Positions 24,206 through 37,000 of a DNA stretch of 64,000 bases are shown piece by piece. The translations under genes and the position numbers were made by a program. The stretch lies in NCBI GenBank assembly GCA_036172245.1, contig JAYWIR010000001.1, positions 1,798,001-1,862,000 of the forward strand, read 5' to 3'. Source of the DNA: Raillietiella orientalis (taxonomy: Eukaryota). Every line of letters begins with the position of its first letter. Within the stretch, counting starts at the first letter, position 1. A model generated the notes under the pieces. That model saw only the letters and a list, made by a program, of their open reading frames with translations, had not been told where the DNA came from and did no database searches.

Positions 24206-25942
24206 CCCTTAAGGGTAACGTGGCGTCATACACGACACACAGGAACTAAAATGTGCAGACTCTCTTCCATGGTCAGTGCTGCGAGCATGCCGTGCCAGCT
24301 ACCTGATGCTGAGCCTTCAGTGTGCCTGCAGGCGAAATTGCGAGCACATCGGTTGGTTTTGTTTCATTTTGTGAGCGATTGTGTCGTGTACGACACTACG
24401 TCACCTTCTACGTTACACATAAAAATTTGTACCCATGGCTCCTCGTAAAGAAATTTTCACACAAAATGAACCGGAAGGGTCGATTGGACGCCACGAAAGA
24501 GGAGAAACCAATCTGGAAGACTCTTCATCTAATGAAGACCAAGGTTCAGACGACGGGAATACGGAAGCAGAGAGCGATGCCAGCTTGTAACACCTACCGC
24601 TGCAGGGTCTCCGCAAACCGCTGGGAGATCTCCTGCTGGATTGGGCGCAGCGGTCCTGGATAGCCGTCACACATCTTGCCTCAGCGCTGTCTACCCTGTG
24701 GGCAAGCAATGACAGCAGCCAACAGGCGAGGTGGGAATTCTCCTGCAGCATTGCAGGAGTCGCAAAACTCCTCAACGGCTGCAAGACGAACGAATTGGTG
24801 AACGCCGCCACTACTCGTTTCCGGGCAAGGGGACTCCTTCGGTGGTGTGAACTTCTTGGAATGCCCTCCGAAGAACTCGGAGTCCCTTCCCCGTGTTTGG
24901 ACACCTCCGCGTTCCCTCTCCGGTGGAAACAGGATGTCCCGCACTGCGGATCCTGGTGCAACCAGCGCAGGTACCTGGTTTCCGGGAGAGTTGCCTCCCC
25001 GAGTGTTCCAGGTGCGGGGCGATCGAATCGCTCCCGCACCTTTTGCTGGACCGCAGTGTCTTCGAGGACTTGTGGCGGAGACTCGCTTCGGCCCTCCGTC
25101 GACCGCAGGTCACTGGAAAGGACTTGCTGCGGCGATGCTTCACAGAAAGAGGACTGAAGAAAGGCGCTGCAATCGCAACCATCTGCTGCATCCGCGCCGT
25201 GGTGACATCCCGCCATGTGTTGGAGTCAGGTACGCGGCAAAGAGAGGCCACCAGCATGGCAGCAGTCCTCATGACGGTAGCAACAAGGTGGCCTCACCTG
25301 CCAGAAGAAGTCGCCAGGGAGATCGCCACCGTCCAGAGCCGCTTCTAGAAAGGAAGGAACGTCACAAACGTCAGAAACCGTTCACTACTTTTTGGAAGCC
25401 GGCCTGCGTGCCAGTAGTCAACCTCATGGACTTCTTTTTTGTTTCGGCATTTCTTGTTTTCTGAGGGGATATCCTTCTCCTCCTCAAACTTGTTGTTTAT
25501 TTTTAAAATGAAACGCTCCGGCGTGACCGTGACGGCAAGAAGCTTGTAAACACCTCACATGGAACGCCGGTTACAACGCAAAAATCTGTCTCGTTCTTTG
25601 CGAAATTTGATTTTATCTGTACCAAATAAAGAAGACCTGAGACTCCACGATGTTCCGCAAGAACCTTTAAAACCTCAAGCGCTGAGGAATGTGCCCGTGT
25701 TCCTCCAGCTGGAAAGAAGGGAAAAGTGTACCTGTTGCAAAACAGTCGTATGCACCCAACACCGAAGGCCTTTATGCTGTGAACGTGCGAATGACTCATA
25801 AAATAATTTGTAAAGATCATCTTAATTCATCAACAAAATGAAACGCTTACGAAAAATTACAAAATTTTTGTGATTTTAATTGGTGTCCTATATGACACCA
25901 CGTAACCATTTATGCACAAAATCGCCACGTTACCCCTCTAGC
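24206..25942 (+). mobile_element. Internally deleted piggyBac transposon
   Basis: TTAA|CCCTTAAGGGTAACGTGGCG ... CGCCACGTTACCCTCTAGCG|TGAA; acidic N-terminus MAPRKEIF...EDSSSNEDQGSDD from 24436; C-terminal PHMERRLQRKNLSRSLRNLI and Cys-rich KR*GMCP...CTCCKTVVCTQH...LCCE at 25553-25801. Confidence 0.8.
24585..25505 (+). mobile_element. 5'-truncated L1/Tx1-like LINE nested in the piggyBac
   Basis: AGLGAAVLDSR (GGLG-like), zf-RVT-like ECSRCGAIESLPHLLLD...W, ORF stop at 25348, T-rich 3' UTR. Confidence 0.75.
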
Positions 25943-28180
25943 GTGAAGATCACTCTGAAGATGCATGAGCTCATTGAGAATAACTTACAAGAAAGCATGA
26001 AAGGTGCTTACTTAAAACTGCTTTTTTTTTTTTTTTTTTTACTTTTTAAGCAATTGATTTTCGAAATCACAGATTCTTAGTGCTAAATTCGATTTGCATT
26101 CTTCTGTGTGGACAGAACCTGTTTCATACATAAAAGAGAAGGAATGTTTAGCTCGGTTATCTCTTTCGTGAAACCGAGCACAATGCGTTGTGATCTCAAT
26201 GTCAAGGAGAAATGTGACTGACTTTAACTTAATAGAAACTGCCTTATGTTGATTCAGCTAGTCTTCAATTTGACTGATTTCTTCATATTCTGTTTTTCTT
26301 CTTCTTCTTCTTTTTTTCTTGTACCATTTTTTTTCTCGCTCTCTATTTTGATAGATCCATCTTACCGTGTTCGTCCTTGCACCTTGCAAAATGGCCCCAG
26401 AAGTTTAACTCTGGGTTTGCCATATTAACATGACTACAGATGAAAAGAGAGGGTGGCTGGGCCATCCTTCAAAAGAAATACTTCTGCAGACTTTATGCAG
26501 ACGCAAAAAAATGCCGTCCAGGCATCAGGATGACTTGGCGTTCTCTGTGCACCGCTCAGGAACTTGAGATGCAATTGAGATGCTTCATCACGTTTGACTA
26601 CAACTTCGTGAAACTCAAGCTGTGGAGTTCTTCCTTTTCACAAATCTATGGACTGAAAGTGTTTCTATAGAAGTCCCGCCCGTAATACAATCCTGCATGC
26701 GACACGCGTGAGAGACTATGCGTATACGAAAATCATTGCAAAGTGGAATATTCTCCCCGGATCATTGGGCCAGACGAGGAGGTTAACGAATCATGGAAAC
26801 ACTGATTGCAGAAGTCAGATGCGTGCAGATTAATTGTCGAGTGCGTTCATCAAGGAAGACACAGCATGCGCGCGTGGACCCGCGACCTGTTGAGAGAAAG
26901 AACAATTCCTTCGGGTTTAGATCGATCAAAGAACGCGGCGGCGTGAATGGACAACTGCGCCGTTTCGTTTTCACGCGAGTCGTTACTGTGTCTCGGACCA
27001 TCTATCACGGATGCACACAAGTCCCCTCCCCTCTCCCTCCCTCCTCACACAACCTGCCTTACAAGAAGGAAATTCCCTGCAGGCATCTGCTTCGTGTGGC
27101 TTCAGAAGGCATCCCGCGGTCCACTGTTTTCCGAGTTGACAAACGTTACGAAATCTAGACAAAGCCAGAGTCATAACCTGGTGGCATCGTTTACCCTCTG
27201 GAGTTTTGTCGGTTACCGGTGCACTCATCTCGAACTGGACCCGAGCTCTCGGCTTGCAATAAAATTCGGAACTTCCTTCGAACTCATCTTTCGCTAATGC
27301 CCGTCGGAGGTGTCCGTTTGTCTTACTCGACCGTGCCTGCAGTCAGAAGCCCACTTCGTCCGTTTGCTATAAGGCGGCGGCGCCTGGCAACGGAACTGCT
27401 AAAAGCATCCAGCGGCGGGATGAGCGGGGTGGCTGGAACGGAAGATTCGCGAAGCCCGCCTCGAGCAAAGGAAAGTGTCATCGGTGGCGCGGAGATCGTA
27501 TTTGAGAGGCGCGGGATATTCAAATTCCGACGACACACTGGGTCCGAGTCTGGAGAAGTCGATTTGGCAGCGAGATGCATCTTCGCGGCATCTTCGGAAT
27601 CCCTCCCTCCCTCCCTCCCTCCCTCACACACACACAGCCTCTTCAAGAGCAGAGTGGAAATGCAGATTCCGAGTAGCATGCGAAATGGACCCCCCGCCGC
27701 GCACGCACGTTGTGTAGCAGGCACGAGGGTTGGGATGGACCGATGAAGCTCAGATTTGTTGCAGCCTGCAATAAGTGACATTACCGTTGTCTCGAAGAAG
27801 AATTTTGAATGAGCACGAAGCACCATTCATTAAACTTAGGGAAACATGTGCCTAATTTCGGGCTGCGAAGAATTCACTGTTTTACCGAAAGTCCTTGTTG
27901 CATACTAATGGAAACATTCCATACTGGACCCGTCTCTTGAGATCTCTTGCAGACGCAGATGAGAAAATGTGATTTGGAAAACCAGCATTCGGAAAAACGC
28001 GCATCTCCTGCTGGAAACCCAAAATAATTGCAAAGTACATCAACGATTGCAGGGCAACGCAGAAGAAAGAGACGTTTTCTTTGTGGCATCCTCAGAAATT
28101 TTTCTGCATAATATGTATAAGGTGTCATTCTGTTATTAATATTACTGATTTGCAAGTTCTTTGCCGTGAGCAAGATTGTC

Positions 28181-28205
28181 CGCGCGCGCGCGCGCGCGCG
28201 TGTGT
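28181..28205. repeat. (CG)10(TG)2 alternating purine-pyrimidine tract
   Basis: Directly visible. Confidence 0.95.
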
Positions 28206-29973
28206 TTTTGGTTTTTCGCTTTGGTGCATAAAAGCACGCTGCATTTGAACAAGAATTTCGAAAATCTAAGGACTCATTCCAAGTCCTTCTCATCCTCATC
28301 GCGCCCTCGTGGAATTCGCGGCGACGAGATCTCTGCTATCGCCACCGGGTCAAATCCCTGGCGCGCGGAAACCTTCCTCCGCGTTCCAAGCCCCGTTGTG
28401 CTTTCAACTTTGACCATTTCGATTGCTTGCTGGTCCCGTGGAGCATCCGCATCAGCATCATTCGTCTTGCGGTGCTTCGGGAAATGGTCCCAGTACGCTT
28501 TCTTGGGTTCTGGGAGCATCCAAGCAACTCGAATCCGTCTGCGTGCTGGTGCCTTCAGGGTCATCGCGGACCGTGCTGTCTGAATCAGGCGATTAGCTTT
28601 GATGAGATTCTACATCACTTGTGTCCCTGGCTCTCGGTGTGGGATCTTCAGCTCCTCCTCCTCGTTTTATAGAGAAGTGCTCTTCCGCTGGCTCCTCCTT
28701 TATAGTTCTGTCCTGGACAACCTTTATAGTCCTTCCGAAGAACGGATTTCTTGCTTATGAAAAAAACTTCAGTGTCTTCAGGCTCGCACTCGCAAGGAAC
28801 GCTAGCAAACAGCGCTGATCTCTCTGCTCCCAAAAGATTTGTTGGGGTTTCTCTTACCTAAAGGATATGGACCTGATCTCCTAGCTGTTTCCAAAGGCTC
28901 AGAATACAGTAAAGGCAATCAGAATAAACGTTGAAAGACGCAGTGAAGATCGCAGTGAATCTCTCAACTGCAAACGACGGCCCGTCAATGTGCTTCCTCC
29001 AAGGGTGATTTTCATTCAGTCCGTCGGAGGACCGGAAAACGCTGTAAATCCGATGCAGTGCTGCCGTTAGAAAAGACGGGAAAAAAAAAAAAAAAAAAAA
29101 GGCTGCCGGATTTTTCGGTTCTGCCTGTACGTAAGAAACACTTTCATAAACCTGACCGAAAGATCAGTTGGTTAAGAGCAGGGCTGGCTGCACACGAGAT
29201 GCCTTAGGATAACGTACTTATTCGTGTATGTACTCCAATGCTTTCGCTTCTGCATCTTCTCAAGCGGTGTTTACACGTACGCAGGCACGTGGTGCAAACA
29301 CTTACTGAATTGGTGTTTTGCGGTCTATATTCACGTGTGTGAGCGCGTGCGTCTGTGATGTTTGATGGTAGTGTATGGATGGGTGAACACGAAACTGATT
29401 GTGCGGCACGACGTAACTCGCGTCCAGTAACGCGAGAATCTCCATTCCAATCTGACAAAATGCCTGAAAATCTCGAAGCAGGGATGTCCGAGTCCTCTTA
29501 TTTGGAGGCGAGTTCGCTTCCGACTTTTCACAAATTCATTTATGTATTTATGTTTTCAGATAAGTAGCGCCGCCGGACTGCTGAAGCCGTTCGTACAATG
29601 AGGCGAGGACGGTCTCCCCCCCCCCCTCCCCTTCCCGGAAAAGCGAGTGTTGGGTGCATTTTATTGGTGTTCCGCAGGTTCCGCCGGGCCTCGGATCGAT
29701 TCCGTTAACCGCTTTCAAACCGCGCCTCGAAGAGACGAGAGACACGAACCCCGTCACCGGGGTTGCAGCATCTCGGAATGAAAGGGATGCGGACGAACAA
29801 GCCTGTGCAACAGAACGCGGTGTCCGAGCGGCCTAACGCGAGACTGCGCGCACCCAGGGATGGTCAATTTGGGCGCCTACGGCGGCGCGGCGGCGAGTTT
29901 CGTAAAAATAGTTGGTAAAAATCCTTCAATGGACGCTGCGGCTATTTCGAGCGCTTCGCAACTGGAAGCGTAC

Positions 29974-30047
29974 AAAAAAAAAAAAAAAAAAAGAAGAAGA
30001 AGAAGAAGAAGAAGAAGAAAAAAAAGAAAGAAAGGAAGAAAGAAAGA

Positions 30048-30078
<31 letters not shown>

Positions 30079-30084
30079 AGAAGA
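29974..30084. repeat. Poly-A / (GAA)n / (GAAA)n polypurine tract
   Basis: Directly visible. Confidence 0.95.
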
Positions 30085-30376
30085 CGAAAAAACGTTGAGG
30101 TAGCGCCGCTCAGCGATTGAAATCTTTCCTGCGACTGCTGGACCAACTGGTTAAACACGTTTCTGGGCTCTTGCTCATGTTTCAGCGTCCACCTGGCGGA
30201 AGCCGGTTCGTATCCGAAGCCCGCTCACGGATGGTAAAAACAACAACAGGAACACGAAGAGCGAGCGGAAGCAGGGTGGAAAGTTGCGTGGATTGAGGAG
30301 ATTCTCGGTCCAGGTGGCTCGTAAACTGACCGATCCTTCCCCCTCCCAAGGAAAGAGCAAACGGAGGTGGGCGCGA

Positions 30377-30378
<2 letters not shown>

Positions 30379-30428
<50 letters not shown>
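30379..30428. repeat. (AC)n microsatellite, ~25 units
   Basis: Directly visible, ~620 bp upstream of the GALNT start codon. Confidence 0.95.
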
Positions 30429-30430
<2 letters not shown>

Positions 30431-31050
30431 TAGAAGAATGCGTCTCCCGAACTGGAATCGAGGGAACTCTGCCGCGTCCGTCCGTCTGACTTCTTCCCGA
30501 ACGTTTCTGCGTGCGATTCATTGGTCAGGGATGAAGGCCGAGCTTTCCCTTCCGATTTCCACATGGAAACACCTTCTTAATGCAAATGCAGGCCTCACGC
30601 TACATGCGTTAGTAGCACGTCGGCCATTGTTCGCCGGCAATCCTTTTCCTTCTTTTCTCTTCGCAACGCTCTCCAGCTTCTTTCCTCCTCCCCCTCCCCC
30701 CCGCCTCCTCCGTTTTCGCTCTCCCCCCCGCCCCGGTAATGTTCCGGCGTTGGTGCACCGTTGCTTCCGATGAATGAGATTCGTCGCAGTCGCTTCAAAC
30801 CTTTCGATCACTCCATGCGGCGAGCAGCTCGCAAAGGTGCGTCCGTGCCGCTCCGCGAATGCCCCCACTTCCCGCGCGTGTACGACGCGATCCCAGGACA
30901 TGACTTGAACCTATTCATTCATGGAACCGGAGTGCGCCTCCAGAATTTGCGTAGTCAGTAACCTGCTTGCTGATTCCCCCCTTTGGTCACCGGAACGGCA
31001 GAGCCACGTCTCTGGGCAACTTTCGGAGTCCCCCGTACGTCTCGGGAGCC

Positions 31051-34000
31051 ATGAGAAGGCTTCCGCGAGATATGGTGTACGTGAAGATGGTGGTGACGGT
31101 GATGCTGACCTGGTACGTTCTGCTGTTTGTGACCCACTCATGGAGGCGTATGGAAGATGAAACCGTGTCGCCCTATCTGTACCGGGCTGCAGATAGGAGG
31201 AACCTGCTCATCAACGAGAACGCTAGTGGCGAGTCCGTTCGCTTGGCACCACTCGGAAACCGAGGCAACGGAACTGCTCCTCCGAACGCACACGGGGAAA
31301 TGGGGCTTCCCGTCTATCTTTCCGACAGCTCCAACGATTCCGAGATCGAAAAGGGATGGCAGCTGCATGCCTTCAATGCGTACGTCAGCGATCTGGTGTC
31401 TGTGAGACGTTCATTGCCCGACTTACGACATGGCAGGTAAGTCTAGCCTTGGATTTGATTATACTGCTGTTGCATCCTCCGTTTCGGGGTTCTGCTGTCT
31501 GCTGTCATTCAAGCTTCTGGGAAGGACATCACACTTCACCTTCGGGCTCTTTCTTCTTTTTCGAATCCCTCTCCATCTCCCTTTTTCTTTTCTTTTCTTT
31601 TTTTTTTTTTTTGCATCGAACGAGTGCCAAAACAAACGCGCCCCCCCCCCCTCCCCCCTCATCCGAGCCCGGTGGACACGCGTACGTGTACAACAGGCCT
31701 CCCCTTGCCCGCGTGTACGATCGAGCGCGGACCCAGGCAAAATCGGTTGCTACGGACGCTCCCGTCGTTGCCTGGACTGCCTTGGAAAGTTTCGCTTCCC
31801 GGTGCGTGTCATTCGGATTGATCAAGGAAATCTGTTTGCATGTTTCTTCCGCGAAAACAGGTTCTGTTTCTCTTTTCCTGGAGCAGGACGGAAAAAGGAC
31901 GCGGCGTAGGGTCGAGGGTTTGAGGTGAGTTAGGGTGAAAATGGCATCTCGAAAAACGTGGAGGGGGGGGGGGGGGTATGCAGAACAGGGAGTCGGCGTC
32001 CCGTTCGTGAAAAAGAGTGACGAACGACGATATTCCTCTTCCTCGTACTCTGCGAAGTGTTTTTCTTTTCCTTTTTTTTTTTTTAAAAAAAAAAAGAAAT
32101 GTATTTTCATTTTTTGGTCGGAAGGGGGGGGGGATGGCCGTGACTTGCCATCCGCATGCAAACAAAGAGCGGGTTGGTGTCGCCCGGTTGCGATTTCGTC
32201 CAGGAGCGCTCGCTTTCCCTTCCTGCTCCAGCCTCCGACCGAAGATGCGCTTCGCAAGCACACGCTGCTGCAGTGGTGATCTTGACAAAAAGCAGCGGAT
32301 CTGTAACGAATTCGCTCTTGAGAGAGAGGGGGACCTGCGATTGGTGTGATTTTCTTCAGCATTGGAACCAACGGCGCGAGTGGCGTCTTTTTTTTAAAAA
32401 AGAAAAGAAAAGGAAAGAAAAAGAAAGCGTTTTTGTGTTTGTGCACCGTCCTCGCGAACAGGCAAGAGAAACGTGGTCTCCACGGGTCCAGATTCAGCTT
32501 TCCCGCTGTCGTGGTAACCGGGAGAAATCCTCCAATACTGCGAGAGGGGAGCCCACTGGTCACCTGGAGGTCTCTCTCCGTGTTTCTTTCTCTCGGGAAC
32601 CAAAGGGAGGAGAGTTTCGAGCGTCACGAAGTCGCCGAAGAAAGCCGGCGATCGACGGCTCCTCCTTGGCTGTTCCTGAGAGGCCTTGGCGCCACACGCT
32701 GGCCCTCCGCTGCCTCTTTTCTTCTCCCTTCGCTGCAGAGAGAGGAATGGGAGACCGACTCCCGGGCGCCGCGTGGGAGCTCGCTCTCAGGACGGAAGGC
32801 ACGGCGCGAAACGGGAATCTTCTGGGAAAGCGCCGTCACCTTCGTCGCATAGCAACCGACCCGAGCTTCTGTCCTCCGAGGGGGGAAGGCGCCTCCCTCC
32901 ATCCTCTTGCTCGGAGAGAGAGAGAGAGAGAGAGAGAAGCAAAGGAGGCTAGGCGGCGGATAATGTGGCGACTGAGGACTACCGCGATCCCTGGATTCCG
33001 CCGAGAGCGTCTGATCATCCCGGGAGCTCCGAGGAGCTCAAGGGATGGTCGACAAGACAACCTCCTCCTCCTTGCCGTCCTCCCCTTCCTACCAGGACTC
33101 AGGTCGGACAGGGATTTGCGTCTTCTTCTTTCCTTTTCACGGAATGTTCCCAGGAGAGGGACGGAGAAAGTCTGGGACGCAGGATCTCTCCAGGATCGCA
33201 CTAGGATGTCGGGAAGGGGAACCCGGCATGAAGGAGGAGGAAGGCAAACTCCCTGAGAAATTCTCGGTGAGAAAAGTCCAGGGAAGGCATCGGACGGGTG
33301 CCTTCTTCTCCCTCGTCCTTGCCCCCTTGCATCTGGAAATCCCCCGTACCCGAGGCCCCGCCGACTCTCTCCCAGGATGCTCACGGAGAGGACTCGAGCG
33401 AAGGAAGGAGGCGCTGGTATCAGGGAGTGGGCAGGGAAGGGAGATCCCTGCTTCTACCCGTCCCCTCTCGAGGCGATCCCCGCGAAAAGGGGTGAGGGTG
33501 TCTTCTGCTCACAGCAGAAAGGAATTAGGCTTTCCTCTCGGTCCCCCCCGACACTCCCTCATGGAGACGACGCTCCCGAAGAGCATCCTTGGAGGTCGGA
33601 TTCTCACCGCCTCCTTCCTTCCTTCTTCTTCCCGCTCTTCCATTCAGGAAGATGGCAGAATCCGAGGGAAGTGGGAGGAAGGAAGCCTCGGGATGCTCCT
33701 GGAAAGAATGTCGGAAAGTCGTTGGAGGGCGGAACGTCCAGGGAGGCAGTTCTGCTCCGCGTAGGAGAGAGGGCTGGAGATAGGAAGACGGTCATGTTCC
33801 CTCCCCTCCCTCTCCTCCTTCCCCCTCCCCCCAGAATCATCCTTCAGCGCATCCACCGGTCGATCTCCTTCAAATGCCGGCAACTACAGAAGTCCCCGCT
33901 TGCGGAAGCGGCAGCAGAGAGGAGAGAATCTTGAGGCCCTTGCCGTCCACACGGACACGGTGACTGCTTCGCTCCAGGCTCTTCTTCCTGCTAGACGGGT

Positions 34001-37000
34001 CAGCTGCAGTCCCCCCAAGCCTCCTTGGAGCGCTCCGTTGGACCTTGAATTTCCTACTTTCCTCTCGGCCGAGACCTCTACGTGGCCTTGCTTCCCTTGG
34101 ACTTCTCTATCCTGCTCTCGAAAACCTCTGAGCATCCCGCGGCGGACCACAGGCAGCTGACATCTTCAAACTTATGAAGAAGGAGGAGACGAGAGTGCAT
34201 GGTCCGCTGGCGGGACGGAAGGGAGAAGGGATAGACGCAATCCTTCCCTCCCTCCCTCCTCCTCCTCTTTCCCACCTTCCTGCACGATGTCTGGCGGAGC
34301 GTAGAGCCGAGGACTGCCGCCGATAGCTGCTCAACCACCTGCATCCTCGGGGCGGTTCCGCCTGCCAGGTCCTCTGCTCACTCTGGGCTCCGGTAGTCGT
34401 CAGCTCAGGGTCGGCAGAGAGTGCGCACGCTGACGCCCAGCCCGCTCTTCCCGGCGCTCCTGGACTCGGTCTGGTCGGGGTGGAACGGCAGCTGCCGCAC
34501 TTCCCCATCCTGAGACCCGAAGACAGGAACATGGGCGCGTGCGCTGGGGTGAGCAGACGACCTCGCAAGCGGTGGGGGGGAGCTGGTCGCCGTCTGCCGC
34601 GAAGGACGTTCCAGCGTGCCCTGGTGCCGCGGCGCTCGAACGAAGCGGGCCCGCAGTCGTGTTATGCCGTGTTGAGGAGGAATGGGAAGGCGCTCTTGTG
34701 GACGTCCGCGTTCTCTTCCCGACCGGGAGCCTCGGGAATTCCTTCCCGTCACCTACCCCGGCGGCAGTCGTCTTCCGGTTCGCGCAGCACTCTCCCACGA
34801 CGGACCTTCTTGAGGATGTCCGTGCTTCCGTAGCCACCGTCTCCGTTACGATCGTTCTCTGCCCTCCTACCCTCCTTTTATCCCAGAAACGAAAGGGAAT
34901 TCCCTATCATGGGGACGTGGGGCTGCAGCCCCTTTTTCGAGAGCTCAATAAAAGCACCGCAAGCCTGGATGAGGAGTCTTCAGAGTAAATCCGGTGCTGA
35001 GCTCCGCTCCAGCACTAGTTCGCGGGTTGGGGTGGCGCTGGCTGTTCCCGGGAGCTCCCCTGCCGCCAGGGTGGGTACGGTTCGTCCGACCGATCTCTCT
35101 TTCGCCCCTGTCTTCCTTCCAGCTGCAAGCAGCGGTCGCTTAGGCACGCCACGCTGCCCCGGACGACCGTCATCATCTGCTTCCACAATGAGGCCTGGTC
35201 CACCCTGCTGCGGACGGTCCACTCCGTTCTGGACCGGTCTCCCAGCGAGCTGCTCGAGGAGGTCATCCTGGTCGACGATGCGTCGGACATGGGTATGCAC
35301 GGCACTGAGGGTGCCCCTGGGGAGACGGGGAGACGGGGTGATGACGGAGGCAACGGGAGGAAATCCCCCCTTCAAGGAACCCGGGAAAGAACCCGACCAA
35401 TGCACAGATGCGTCTTCTCTCCGGGGAGCAAAGGGGGGTACCGTTCTTCTGGTGCCTGGGACCATCCAGAACTGGGTGTTCCCAGGCTGCATAAGGCAAA
35501 AGTTTTTTTGTCTTATGCAGAAAACCACCCAGAACTGGGAAGTCCTTCGGGGGAGCTTCCTGCGAGGGACAGCCAATTCCATTCCGCTTCCCCAGAGAGG
35601 GCATTCCTCCTCATTAGAGTCAGGAAGAGGAGGAAGAAGAGGAAAAGACGAAGGCAAGGAGGACGAAAGGAGGAAGAGGAAGGGAAGAGGAGGAGAACGA
35701 AAAGAGGGAAAGAAAGGAGAAGGAAGAAGAGGAGCGAAGCGGTGCTGCTGCTACCCATTCCTTCGAGCCCGTGACCCAGATCATCTTGTCTTCGGAAGGC
35801 CAGTGGACGAGGGTCTCCAGGAGTCCCGAGTCTCCTCCCTGTGGCGTGCTCTCGAAGCCGACCTCACCTCTGCGTTGTGGCTCCTCAGCTGCTCCTTCAT
35901 CTGGGCAATTGGACTTTTCCGTGAGGGCACGGACCCGCCGCTTGCTGTGTCACGCGCGAGGGGCTTCCGGCTCCTCCCGTGGTGTTGGAGGATGAGGTTG
36001 TGCGCAGATCCACGGGTTCATCTGAGCTTACCTTGACTCTCGACCAGCTCCCGCCGTAAACCTCTGGACCTTAGCAGCCTCCTCCGCCCCAGCCCTTCCT
36101 TCCCCGCGCAAGGGATCCGTTTGATCTTCACCCTTCCCCTCTTCTTGTTCATATTCTTCTTGCAGATCACCTGAAGTCGCAGCTGGAGAAGTATGTGAGG
36201 CCTCTGAAGAAGGTGCGCATCGTACGTTCGCCCTCCAGGATCGGCCTCATCCGGGCTAGGATTCTGGGCTACCAGCACGCCAGGGCAGAGGTGCTGACGT
36301 TCCTGGACTCCCACTGCGAATGCACCGCCGGTAAGGACCGGGTCGGGGGTTCAAAGGGTGGGCAAAAGGCGCGGCGTCCCGGGTGTCTCCTGCACGCGCG
36401 GAGAGTTGCTGTATACCAATGCGGCTAAGGGACGGGAAGCGGAGCATGAGGTCGTCCGAGAACCTCCCTGCCACTGGAGAGGGAGCGACAGAAGGAACGC
36501 TTGCTTTCCGTTGCCAGTGGCGACCACCTTCGCCACCGCCGCGTATTTGTACCCGGCTTCCGTGCCATCCCTCTTCTTCCTCCTCGGAGGGGAAAGGGAA
36601 GAGGTAGCGGTCATACGCACCACTCGTACGTGCAACCGACTGGTCCATACGATTGCACTGAGCAGCGTCCTCCACGCCAAGAGAGAGGCTGCACCGAAAA
36701 GCCGCTCTCTGTGCGAAGGGGCGCGGCACCGGCTCCGACGAGCGGCCGCACCCCTTCCTGCTGCGGCCCCCGCCCTCTCTCCATGTTCACAGGGGCTCAG
36801 CCGTCCTTCCTCTGCCTCCGCATGTCCGACGTCGCGGCCGCGCGCGCGGGGGCGGGGCGAGTCCCTCTCGTTTCGAGATCACCATCTCCCCGAGCACGCC
36901 GTCTTGAGACGCCGCCATCGGTTCTCCCGAATGGCTTCCTCCGTGCGCCTTCGCCTGGCGGATAGCAGCGGCCCTGCTCTCTTCCTCTCCGCGGAAGGGA

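Noticed and set aside
28274..28740. Minus-strand peptide with HMG-box-like or IKEEP-like words
   Set aside because: The words lie in different frames with stops, with no full domain or supported splice structure.
29815..29905. tRNA A-box-like GTGTCCGAGCGGCCTAA
   Set aside because: No proper B-box/T-arm or acceptor stem downstream.
31529..33934. Long overlapping ORFs (344, 366, 239 aa) in GALNT intron 1, and similar ones at 34909-36036, 36358-37356 and 61465-62643
   Set aside because: Low-complexity translations of GC-rich intronic or TE DNA crossing homopolymer runs; stop depletion is explained by composition.
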